From Alphaproteobacteria bacterium (GTDB taxonomy: Bacteria > Pseudomonadota > Alphaproteobacteria > Rhizobiales > Devosiaceae): a stretch of DNA of 46,254 nt. Location: the NCBI GenBank assembly GCA_018820005.1, contig JAHJOS010000511.1, positions 1 through 46,254 on the forward strand. The letters are read 5' to 3'. Below, piece by piece: positions 29,488 to 37,784 of the stretch. Positions within the stretch are counted from its first letter, which is position 1, and the number at the start of each line of letters is the position of its first letter. Below the pieces are notes generated by a model. That model saw only the letters and a program-made list of their open reading frames with translations, was not told the origin of the DNA and ran no database searches. The position numbers and the translations under genes are program-made.

Positions 29488-30516
29488 CTAGAGGTCTTCT
29501 TCGCTCTCTGCGCGCAGGGCGGCGAGCAAGGCGGCTTTATCCTGCAGCTTCGCCGGGTGGGTGGCGGTGTGGATTTCCTGCAGCTTGCGGATCGATACGT
29601 GGGTGTAGATCTGCGTGCTGTTCAGGTCGGCGTGGCCGAGCATGGCCTGGATGTACCGAATGTCCGCGCCATTCTCCAGCATGTGGGTGGCCATGGCGTG
29701 CCTGAGCAAGTGGCAGGAACCGGGCACGTTGATGCCGGCATGGCGCAGGAAGCGCTTCACCTTGTCGCCCACCTTGTTGTCGCGGAAGGGTTCGCCGTAA
29801 TCGTTGAGGAACAGGCACTGCTCGTTGATGTTGAGCAGCAGCTGCGGGCGCACATTATCCAGGTACGCCTGCAACCAGTGCCCTGCTCGCGCACCGAGCG
29901 GCAACAGACGGTCTTTGCCGCCCTTGCCATAGCGGACGAACAGGGTCATCTGGGCCAGCGAAATATCCGACAGCTGCAGAGCGCACAGCTCAGAGCGACG
30001 CAGGCCGGCGCTGTAGAACACTTCCAGAATGGCCCGATCACGCACACCGTAGGGCGTGCTCACGTCCGGCTGCAGCATCAGCTGCTCGATCTCGTCCAGC
30101 GTCAGTACCAATGGCAGGGAAGCCGTGTGCCGGGGCACAAACAGCTCCGAGGCGGGGTTGTAGAGCAGGTGATTTTCTTGCGTCAGCCATTTGAAGAACT
30201 GCCTAACGCTGGTGATGTAGTGGTTGCGGGTGCTGGGTGACAGCGCTTCGCCATTGGCCTGGCGGTAGTAGTACAGGTGCCTCTGGTAGCTCTCCAGAAT
30301 CGGCTTGGTCACGCTCTGCGGCCGGTCGATACCGAGCCCATCGCACCACCCAACAAAGCGCCGAATGTCGCTCTCGCGTCGGTGCAGGGTGCTGGGAGAG
30401 TAATTACGCACCTGCATGGTTTCGTTGTAGCGCAGCAGGTAGCCATAAAACCCGGTGTGCTCGATGGCCACCGGCAGGCGTTTGACCTTGATCGTACGTT
30501 TACGTTTGAGCGCCAT
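29488..30516 (-). CDS. XerC/XerD-like tyrosine recombinase
   Basis: Catalytic R (GLRRSE), K (GKGGK), HLLRH, LGH and Y (TQIYT) intact; N-terminal core-binding domain. Confidence 0.95.
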   Translation of the reverse strand: MALKRKRTIKVKRLPVAIEHTGFYGYLLRYNETMQVRNYSPSTLHRRESDIRRFVGWCDGLGIDRPQSVTKPILESYQRHLYYYRQANGEALSPSTRNHYITSVRQFFKWLTQENHLLYNPASELFVPRHTASLPLVLTLDEIEQLMLQPDVSTPYGVRDRAILEVFYSAGLRRSELCALQLSDISLAQMTLFVRYGKGGKDRLLPLGARAGHWLQAYLDNVRPQLLLNINEQCLFLNDYGEPFRDNKVGDKVKRFLRHAGINVPGSCHLLRHAMATHMLENGADIRYIQAMLGHADLNSTQIYTHVSIRKLQEIHTATHPAKLQDKAALLAALRAESEEDL

Positions 30517-30518
30517 GA

Positions 30519-33500
30519 TCACAACGCCTGATAGGTACTTTTCGGCGCACTCGCCGGCCATTCGTGGAAAGCCCCGGCGTGGCTGGCATCGGCCCTATTT
30601 GCAGGTGCCGCGATGACCCCGTTATGGCCCCGCGTTGGCCCCGCGAAGTGGGCCACCAGCCCCCGCGAAGTGCTCGTCATAGGCATGGGTTCGGACGCCT
30701 GGGCGTCGTGTGCGGGGTGGCTGATCAACTGCTCGACCGCCAGCAAACCCATCAAAAAGCTCCCACCGTCTTCGCCTTCGCCGCCGTACAACAGCTCGTA
30801 CTCGAACGATTGGCCACGCCCGCCGCGATGGGTCAGCAAGTACTCCATGTTGACCAAGCGCTGCACATGCACGCGCACCTGGGTTTCACTCCAGCCGCAG
30901 AGTTGGCGCACTTGCCGGCGGCTAAAGCGGAAGTCACGCTGCTCAATGCCCTGCGCTTTGGCCTCGGCGGTGACACGTTGCTTGATCAGGGTGAGCAACT
31001 GCCGGGTTTGCGGCGGCAGCTCGTCCAGGGTCTTGCCCAGCACCTCATGGGCCAGCCGATTGGCCAGGGCAATGTCCTCGCGCGTGGCCTCGATGTATTC
31101 CACCGGCTGACCGTGATGGTTCAGGGTTTTCACCGGGCGCTGGTACTGGTGCAGCAAGGCGATGCTGTCGATCAGCGTCAGGTACTTTTCATGGTCGCGG
31201 CGGGTGCGGGTCTTGTCGGCGAGAAAGGTCAGCTGATCGGCGAAGGGGTTGATCACGATCAGCGGTTTCAGCAGGCGCTGGGCGTTGCGGTGCAGCTGCA
31301 GAATGCGTTGTTTCTCCAGCTTGGTCTCCAGCCCCTGCAGGGTGCGTTTCACCCGCTGGATTTGATGGATGGCCTCGGTCTGCTCGCGCGATTCGTTCAC
31401 TGTGAGCACCAGGCAGCGGTTCATCAATTCTTCGTCGATGTCGATGGCGGTGGTGGTGAGGAACAACATCACTGGGCCTTCCACGCAGTAATCGCGGGTT
31501 ACCAGCTGGCCGCTGTTGTCGTCTTTGCCGGTGGAGGCAATCCGTACTTCGCCCTCGCTCTGCAGCAGCTTTAGCGCGTAGCTGGCGGTGTGTGCGCCTT
31601 CCTCTTCGGTGATGGCGAGGATCTTGTGTTTCAGCCGCGTCTCGCCCATGTAGAACAGGCTCTGCCCGGTCATGGCCGAATACTGCACGCGCTCGTCTTC
31701 GGGCATAAAGGCCAGCACCGCGTCCATCAACGATGACTTGCCGGCCGCGCTGGAACTCTGAATCACCACCGCTAGCGGTCGCTCCAGTTTGCGGCTGACG
31801 CCGGCGAGATAACCCACCAGCTTGTTGGTTTCCTCACCCACCACGCCGGCTGCTGTGAAGTCCGCCAGGATGCGTTCGGGCAAGACTGGATCGCGCAGCA
31901 GGGCCAGGGCAGCGGCGCGGGCCTCGCCGTCCATGCTGTCGACCGGGGATGACTCCACCGGACGCTGCTGGCGGAGCTGTTCCTGCTCCAGGGCCAGCAA
32001 CAGCTTGCCCAGGTCTTTCTTGATCACCTCGCCACTGACGCCCAGCTCGACACTGGCCTGGTTGGTAAACACCTGGCGCTGCTTGCTGCTGTACAGGTCA
32101 AGTTTGTCCATGTGGTAGTGCTCGTCGTTTTGCGCCAGCAGCTGGATTTTCAGTTGGTCGGCGCTGGCGTTCTTGTCCAGCCCGCGCACGCGGTACAGCC
32201 TGTCGCCAAACTGGGTGTACAGGCCATCGTCGCGGGCCTCTAGGGCAGCACCGGGTGCGGGCAAGGTCGGCATCGGCGTCGCCTGCGGGTCGATGGGGTT
32301 GTCCGGCATGGCCACGTCCGGCTCAGGCTGCGCAGTGACGGCGGCGACTTTAGCGGCTAAAGAAAAATCATCCGCCGCGGTGCTGATAACCGGGGCCGGC
32401 CCGCTGCCGTTGCCCATCCACTCAGCCTGGCGAAGCAACGCCGCCAGCGCCTTCTGCGCCGGCTGCATCTGGCAGGCGTACTGGTTGGCGTCCATGCCCT
32501 GGGGGAACAACACCCGGAACGCTTCGATGCCGTGCTGATTGAGCTGCTGCGCTACATCCTGAGCGGCCCGGTCGCCGGCCTCGTCGCGGTCGTAGGCAAT
32601 CAGCACCCGCTTTACGCCGATGCTGACCAAAGCCTGCAGCAGCTCGGCGGTGAAGCCGTTCACACCAAAACTCGCGGTCACCTGGCGAAAGCCTGCGCGC
32701 CAGAAGCTCAGCGCATCGATCAGCGACTCGCACAGAATCACCTCGCGGGCCGAAGCCAGCGCCGCCAGGTTGAACACCCCGACATGCGGCCCCGGCAGGT
32801 AGCTGTGTTTCGGCGTGCCTTCGCGCAGGTTATCCAGCAGCTTGCGGCCGTACACCTCGCCAATCACCCCGCTGGCGTCCATGCACGGAATCACCAGCGA
32901 GCCGTTGAAGTGTTCGTGCCCGGACTCGCGGTAGATGCCGATCTGTTGCAGGCGTGCACGCAACTCGGCACCGGTTTTACGGTTCTTCTGCGGCAGGCGC
33001 AGGCCCAGCGTGCGGTTGGCGTAGCCCAGTTTGAAGTGGCTGATCAGCTCGGCATCGTCCAGCCCGCGTTTCTGCAGATAGGCCAGGGCCTCGGGCGACT
33101 GCAGCAGGGTCTGGTGATAAAACTCGATTACCTCCTGCAGCAGTTGCTGTTCGTCACCCTGGACGGACACGGGCAGCGGCAGGCTCGGCACCGTGGATTT
33201 GCGCTGCGGCTCGGCAGCATCAGCGGCTAAAGAAAAAACCTGTCCGGTGTCGTTGGCCAGCCATTCCACTGCCGGGCGAAAGGCCAGGCTGCGGGTCTTC
33301 ATCACCCAATCGATTACCGAGCCGGCAGCACCACAACCGAAGCAGTGAAACAGGTTCGACTGCGGGCTGATCACGCACGACGGGGTTTTGTCGGCATGGA
33401 ACGGGCAGCACAGCGCAAAATCCTTGCCCTGCTTGGTCAGCACATGGCCCTGGCTCTCCACCAGCCGCAGCAGGGACACCTCGGCCTTGATCCGCTCGAT

Positions 33501-33524
33501 CACGTCATCAGCGATACGCGCCAT
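30519..33524 (-). CDS. CHC2 zinc finger-TOPRIM primase fused to a P-loop ATPase/helicase
   Basis: CPFH..CFGC zinc finger, CESLIDA and YDRD TOPRIM motifs, SSAAGKS Walker A; start MARIADD. Confidence 0.9.
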   Translation of the reverse strand: MARIADDVIERIKAEVSLLRLVESQGHVLTKQGKDFALCCPFHADKTPSCVISPQSNLFHCFGCGAAGSVIDWVMKTRSLAFRPAVEWLANDTGQVFSLAADAAEPQRKSTVPSLPLPVSVQGDEQQLLQEVIEFYHQTLLQSPEALAYLQKRGLDDAELISHFKLGYANRTLGLRLPQKNRKTGAELRARLQQIGIYRESGHEHFNGSLVIPCMDASGVIGEVYGRKLLDNLREGTPKHSYLPGPHVGVFNLAALASAREVILCESLIDALSFWRAGFRQVTASFGVNGFTAELLQALVSIGVKRVLIAYDRDEAGDRAAQDVAQQLNQHGIEAFRVLFPQGMDANQYACQMQPAQKALAALLRQAEWMGNGSGPAPVISTAADDFSLAAKVAAVTAQPEPDVAMPDNPIDPQATPMPTLPAPGAALEARDDGLYTQFGDRLYRVRGLDKNASADQLKIQLLAQNDEHYHMDKLDLYSSKQRQVFTNQASVELGVSGEVIKKDLGKLLLALEQEQLRQQRPVESSPVDSMDGEARAAALALLRDPVLPERILADFTAAGVVGEETNKLVGYLAGVSRKLERPLAVVIQSSSAAGKSSLMDAVLAFMPEDERVQYSAMTGQSLFYMGETRLKHKILAITEEEGAHTASYALKLLQSEGEVRIASTGKDDNSGQLVTRDYCVEGPVMLFLTTTAIDIDEELMNRCLVLTVNESREQTEAIHQIQRVKRTLQGLETKLEKQRILQLHRNAQRLLKPLIVINPFADQLTFLADKTRTRRDHEKYLTLIDSIALLHQYQRPVKTLNHHGQPVEYIEATREDIALANRLAHEVLGKTLDELPPQTRQLLTLIKQRVTAEAKAQGIEQRDFRFSRRQVRQLCGWSETQVRVHVQRLVNMEYLLTHRGGRGQSFEYELLYGGEGEDGGSFLMGLLAVEQLISHPAHDAQASEPMPMTSTSRGLVAHFAGPTRGHNGVIAAPANRADASHAGAFHEWPASAPKSTYQAL

Positions 33525-33581
33525 AAAACCCCCGGCTGGCAAAAACCTGTCAATAGCTTTGGAGTTAAAATAACCCCGTTG

Positions 33582-33610
33582 CAGAGTACTCTGTATCAGA
33601 GTACTGTCAA
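33582..33610 (-). promoter_or_regulatory. sigma70 promoter of the primase operon, overlapped by tandem palindromic operators
   Basis: TTGACA-16 bp-TACTCT on the minus strand; CAGAGTACTCTG (33582-33593) and CAGAGTACTGT (33597-33607). Confidence 0.7.
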
Positions 33611-33639
33611 CCGCTCGATCAAATCCAGGGGGTAGGGTT

Positions 33640-34029
33640 ATGCCATCAGCACTGCAGCGGATGAGCGCCATGACACCCGAAGACAAAGACTTCTATACAG
33701 ACTTGGGCCTGCGTATCGCCCAGGCCCGCAAAGCCCAAAACATCACTCAGCAGCAGATGGCCACGCTGCTCGGCATTTCCCAGCAAACCGTGGCGCATTA
33801 CGAAGTGGGTCGCTTGCGGATTTCCGTGGCCACGCTGCGGCAACTGGCCGAGGTGCTTAATTTCTCGGTCGATGAACTGGTGTACGGCATGGCGACTAAA
33901 GAAAAAGGCCGGCGCGGCCCCGACTCCAGGCTGCAACAGCAAATCGAGAAAGTTCGCCTGCTGCCCCGCACTAAGCAGCAGTTTGTGATGGACATGCTCG
34001 ATACGGTTATTCAGCAAACGGCGACATAA
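33640..34029 (+). CDS. XRE-family HTH repressor
   Basis: RIAQARKAQNITQQQMA..LGISQQTVAHYEVG HTH, KRGP-like tail; divergent from the primase; true start may be 33661 or 33670. Confidence 0.9.
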   Translation: MPSALQRMSAMTPEDKDFYTDLGLRIAQARKAQNITQQQMATLLGISQQTVAHYEVGRLRISVATLRQLAEVLNFSVDELVYGMATKEKGRRGPDSRLQQQIEKVRLLPRTKQQFVMDMLDTVIQQTAT

Positions 34030-34052
34030 AAACAGCCGCTGAAAGAAACAAC

Positions 34053-34078
34053 AAAAAGCCCAGCTATCAGCTGGGCTT
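34053..34078. terminator. Hairpin terminator after the XRE gene
   Basis: AAGCCCAGCT/AGCTGGGCTT stem; the T-tract is on the minus strand. Confidence 0.65.
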
Positions 34079-34324
34079 AGGGCGTTTATTTTTTAATTAA
34101 AAAGAACAGGCCCGCCGAAAATAACCAGATAAAGCCCTGCCAGATTCGCCCCCACCACCAAGATCGATCCAGGGTTAAGCCACGGCCTGGCGTTGCTTTT
34201 CTCTCTCCCCCGCAGCTCTGCTGCTGCCTGCCGACGACCTGCCAACCATCCTCAACAGCACCCCAAAAGCGTGGCTGATTGACGTCACCCTGAGCGCCAA
34301 TCGAAGCCGCCTGGTCAAAAAGTG

Positions 34325-34405
34325 GGCTGTAGCCTCGTGTGACTACAATCACCCCAGCATTTACGGGGCCTCCAGAGCATGTTGTAGCCGCGTGAGGCTA
34401 CAGCC
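34325..34405. repeat. Inverted pair of TGTAG-N10-CTACA palindromic boxes
   Basis: 34328-34347 and 34383-34402 are each palindromic and are inverted copies of one another. Confidence 0.75.
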
Positions 34406-34427
34406 GTTTTTTCACAAATAGACAATA

Positions 34428-34457
34428 AGCCAACATAATCAATGACTTATGCGCACC
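34428..34457 (-). other. dif/cer-like Xer recombination site
   Basis: Minus strand GGTGCGCATAA-GTCATTGA-TTATGTTGGCT versus E. coli dif GGTGCGCATAA-TGTATA-TTATGTTAAAT. Confidence 0.75.
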
Positions 34458-34590
34458 GGATAGGTGCGTATGGTGTATAGCAAAATCGCCGGGGCTTAAG
34501 GGCCAGCAGAAACCGCGAAAACACCCGGAGTTAAGGGGCAAACACCGGCCAGAGGGTCAACTTCTCCCCCAGCGGCTTGCCCGCTGGGAA

Positions 34591-34737
34591 AAGTAGCCAG
34601 GAAATAGCGCAAAAGTAGCCGTTAGATAGCAGCCCGGTAGCAATCAGAGAGCAACCAGATAGCCCAAAAGAAGCAATCCACTAAACCATGATGCCGAAAT
34701 GATGCGCCGATAACGCAGGGTGATGCACGGATAATGC
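34591..34737. repeat. Helically phased (11-bp) short repeat array
   Basis: TAGC at 34594, 34605, 34616, 34627, 34638 and 34660 (NAGC at 34649, 34671); RTRAYGC at 34688, 34699, 34710, 34720 and 34731. Confidence 0.8.
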
Positions 34738-34801
34738 AAAACGATTATCAGCCCCGTGTGAGCCGGATCGTGGAACTATTGAGCAATAGGCCGGCCGATA
34801 T

Positions 34802-34827
34802 AAAAACACCGGCGCGGAGCCGGTGTT
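34802..34827 (-). terminator. Intrinsic terminator after the Rhs immunity gene
   Basis: AACACCGGC/GCCGGTGTT stem ending in TTTTT on the minus strand. Confidence 0.75.
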
Positions 34828-34861
34828 GATGGGGGACACAAGACGTGGCTTGCCTTCAGAT

Positions 34862-35089
34862 TTAGTTGCCTTTTGCCAACGTATACGGCCGCATGGACTC
34901 ATGATCTTTATAAACAAACTGTTCGCAAATATCGACAAGTCCACCCATTGACTGCGCGACGCAAAGCTTCACCTCTAAAAACTCCTCTTCGCTTGTGTTC
35001 TCCTTAATATCTCTAAGAAGTTTTCCAAGAATGCTTATGCACTCTTGGGAGGCATTAAAAATAATTTCTGCTGATTTTTTATCCATCAC
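34862..35089 (-). CDS. Putative cognate immunity protein of the full-length Rhs
   Basis: 75-aa AT-rich helical ORF overlapping the Rhs stop codon. Confidence 0.75.
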   Translation of the reverse strand: MMDKKSAEIIFNASQECISILGKLLRDIKENTSEEEFLEVKLCVAQSMGGLVDICEQFVYKDHESMRPYTLAKGN

Positions 35090-37767
35090 TTAACTCCCAA
35101 GCAACCGCGAGAATCTAAACAATCTGAGTAGCACTTCTGAAAATTCATAGACTGTAGGTCTGTATCGGGAAGACCAGCGCTACATAGCGCCGCACACTCG
35201 GTTCTTGCGCGCTTGCAGCGGTCTGGATCGTCCTCATCTGGGGTGCAAGCCTCAACTGCTTTAGTAATTAGCGGCTGCAACCAAGGGTTGATATACCTGT
35301 CAGTTAAAATGAAGCTACCAACACCGACAGCCCCCACCGCCGCTGCCGCACAGGCACTACCACCAGTTGCAGCGCAGATAGAGCCAGCGCTTGGCAATGT
35401 TACCTTTAATACCTCGCCCACCGTGGCTACCTGCAGCCCCATCGGATCGGTGTAGCGCACCGGGTTGCCATGGACATACCCGTAGGTATTCAGACCACCA
35501 GCCAACCCAATCGGATCGCTTTCGACGTAGCGCCCCGTCTCGGGGTCATAATCGCGGAAGTAGTTGTAATGCAGCCCGCTTTCGTCGTCGTAGTACTGAC
35601 CGGGGAACCGGAGGTTGATGGTGGCAGTTCCATCAGCCGCACCGACGCCGAAGGCATCGGATTTCCATCGCCAGACTTCATCACCGGACTGGTTGGTGGC
35701 TAGCCTTGGGGTGTTGAGGTGGTCGGCATGCAGATAGAACGCGTTGCTGCTGGCGATGCCACCCTCAGCATCGTAGGTCAGGGTGATGCCACCTAAAGGC
35801 AGGCTGTCCAGCCACAGAAAGAACTGGCTGCTAAGCTTGGCGCCAGTGGGGCTGTACCGGGTTTCGCCAAGGAGCTGGCCGTTCGGGCCGTAAAGAAAGG
35901 TTGTTGTCGCTGTGCCGGTGATCTTGTTGGTTCGCTGGCCCAATGCGTTGTAGCGGTATTGCGCGATCACATTGCTGCCGATGTTCACCTGAGCCAATCG
36001 GCCCTGAGCATCGTACTCAAAGTTTCGGTTATTGCTGTATTGCGTCAGGCTGCCAGTGGCATCGGTGGTTACGGCCAGTCCGTCGATGCTTACAAGCCGA
36101 TTGCTGTCGCTCGCATAGCTGAGGTCGGTGACCACGCTGCCCATGGGCTGGCCTTCGCTCAGGCCGATGAGCGCTTTGCTGGTCCGGTTGCCCACCGCGT
36201 CGTAGCCATACTGTAAGCGCTGGTTGCCTTCATCTTCACGGATCAGCCGATCGAGCGCGTCATAACCGTAGAGCAGATCACCGAACAGGCCGCTCTCCAG
36301 GCTCTGGATATTGCTGTTGGCGTCGTAGCCATAATTGGCCTGCCAAGGTCCGACGCTTTGCTGGGTGAGTCGATAGTCCTGATCATAGGTGCGTGAAAGA
36401 TTGATGCCGTTGGCCCAGGTAAGACTCTTCAGCGGCCCGAACGGCAGATAGCTCAGGTCGCTGGCAAAGGCAGCAGGCTGTTCATCGATAACGATGTCGA
36501 CCTCTCCAACCTGCCCGGCAGCATTGCGTTGGTATTGCACGGCAAAGCCTGCCGGGTAATCGATGCGCGTGAGCTGACCAGCGCCATCGTAGCTGTACTG
36601 CAGCGTGTCATAGATATCGCTACCCACCACCTCGAGTGAGCGAAGCTGCTGCACCAGGTTGCCGCGTGCGTCGTAGCGATAGCCAAGCACTCCACTGGCA
36701 TCTTGCACGGTGGTCAGCCGGCCAACCCCGTGATTGCCGTCGGCGGTCATGTCGTAGTGGTACTGAACGTTGAGCGCCGGGTTGGCGGGGTACGTTTTAC
36801 TGGTCAGACGATTCAGGGCGTCGTAGCTGTAGCTCGTGACCACGCCGCGGGCGTCGGTCTTGCGGATCACGTTGCCGGCCGCGTCATGTATAAATGTGGC
36901 CGTGCCGCTGTCTGGACTGACTAGTTGAGTAAGATTACCTACCCCATCGTACCGGTACTGGGTGGTAACGCCTCTCGGGTCGCTTACCTGGGTGAGGTTA
37001 TCCTGAGCATCATAACCAAGGGCAGTAACGCCATTGAGCGGGTCGGTGCTGGTGACCAAGCGATCCAGTGCATCGTAGCTGTTGGTGGTGCTGTGTTGCT
37101 TGGGGGTGGTACCAACCGCGAGATTATCGTTCAGGTCGTAGCCGTACTGCCTGGTCTGGCCTTGTGCACCGACGGCGCGCAGCAGGCGTCCGAGCTCGTC
37201 ATATACCCAGGTCTGCTGCTGGGTCAGTGCACCGGTGGCATCATTGAGACGCTGAGCGGTGCGGTTGCCCATGAGGTCGTAGTCATATTCAACCTTCTCG
37301 CCCAAACTGTTGGTAACCGCTTTCAGACGACGGGCACCGTCCCAGGTGTACTGCAGCCAGCTCCCGTCACCGCGGGTCACCTTAGCGATCTGCCCAATGG
37401 CGTCGTGCTCGAAGCTCGTGCTGCTGCCGGCAGTGCTTGTGGAACTCAGCCAGCCCTGGGGCGTGTAGGTCAGGGTGGTCGTCACACCGTTGGCATCTAT
37501 CAGGCTCTGCGGGTTGCCGTAGGTGTCGAAGTTCGAGAGCTGTGTGACATGGCCAAGGGCATTGGCTACCTGTGTCAGGTGGCCTTGGGCGTCATAGGTG
37601 TAGGTGGTGACATCTGACACGTCGCTGCGAGGGCCGTCGGCCGTCTCGATCAGTCCGAGGCTGTTGTAGGTGTAGCTCCAGCTGCGCTCAAGCGCTTGGA
37701 CGCTTGGCACACCCAGTGCCGTCGCGAGCGTTAGCGCAAGTAGACTTATGCGATGCGATGATTTCAT
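35086..37767 (-). CDS. Rhs protein, C-terminal half (own signal peptide, YD repeats, Rhs core, Cys-rich toxin tip)
   Basis: MKSSHRISLLALTLATALGVPSVQA signal peptide; YD repeats; [35 protein letters not shown]. Confidence 0.93.
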   Translation of the reverse strand: MKSSHRISLLALTLATALGVPSVQALERSWSYTYNSLGLIETADGPRSDVSDVTTYTYDAQGHLTQVANALGHVTQLSNFDTYGNPQSLIDANGVTTTLTYTPQGWLSSTSTAGSSTSFEHDAIGQIAKVTRGDGSWLQYTWDGARRLKAVTNSLGEKVEYDYDLMGNRTAQRLNDATGALTQQQTWVYDELGRLLRAVGAQGQTRQYGYDLNDNLAVGTTPKQHSTTNSYDALDRLVTSTDPLNGVTALGYDAQDNLTQVSDPRGVTTQYRYDGVGNLTQLVSPDSGTATFIHDAAGNVIRKTDARGVVTSYSYDALNRLTSKTYPANPALNVQYHYDMTADGNHGVGRLTTVQDASGVLGYRYDARGNLVQQLRSLEVVGSDIYDTLQYSYDGAGQLTRIDYPAGFAVQYQRNAAGQVGEVDIVIDEQPAAFASDLSYLPFGPLKSLTWANGINLSRTYDQDYRLTQQSVGPWQANYGYDANSNIQSLESGLFGDLLYGYDALDRLIREDEGNQRLQYGYDAVGNRTSKALIGLSEGQPMGSVVTDLSYASDSNRLVSIDGLAVTTDATGSLTQYSNNRNFEYDAQGRLAQVNIGSNVIAQYRYNALGQRTNKITGTATTTFLYGPNGQLLGETRYSPTGAKLSSQFFLWLDSLPLGGITLTYDAEGGIASSNAFYLHADHLNTPRLATNQSGDEVWRWKSDAFGVGAADGTATINLRFPGQYYDDESGLHYNYFRDYDPETGRYVESDPIGLAGGLNTYGYVHGNPVRYTDPMGLQVATVGEVLKVTLPSAGSICAATGGSACAAAAVGAVGVGSFILTDRYINPWLQPLITKAVEACTPDEDDPDRCKRARTECAALCSAGLPDTDLQSMNFQKCYSDCLDSRGCLGVK

Positions 37768-37784
37768 TGGTCAGTTCCTTCTGA

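Larger units (their letters stand above)
29155..35532 (-). mobile_element. Integrative element (XRE, primase-helicase, tyrosine recombinase) embedded in the Rhs locus and bounded by Rhs-core direct repeats
   Basis: Gene content plus homologous Rhs-core segments at 35460-35532 and 29155-29227; boundaries inferred. Confidence 0.65.

Noticed and set aside
29422-33230. Long plus-strand ORFs (29422-30240, 30564-31574, 32532-33230)
   Set aside because: Antisense to the recombinase and primase genes
34086-34352. ORF in the element's non-coding region, considered as a SymE-like toxin
   Set aside because: No SymE motif or RBS recognised; it overlaps the palindromic boxes
34428-34457. Native chromosomal dif site
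   Set aside because: The 8-bp spacer and degenerate outer XerD arm differ from canonical chromosomal dif
34591-34737. CRISPR array interpretation of the periodic repeats
   Set aside because: Units are 4-7 bp at an 11-bp period with no spacers, and there are no cas genes
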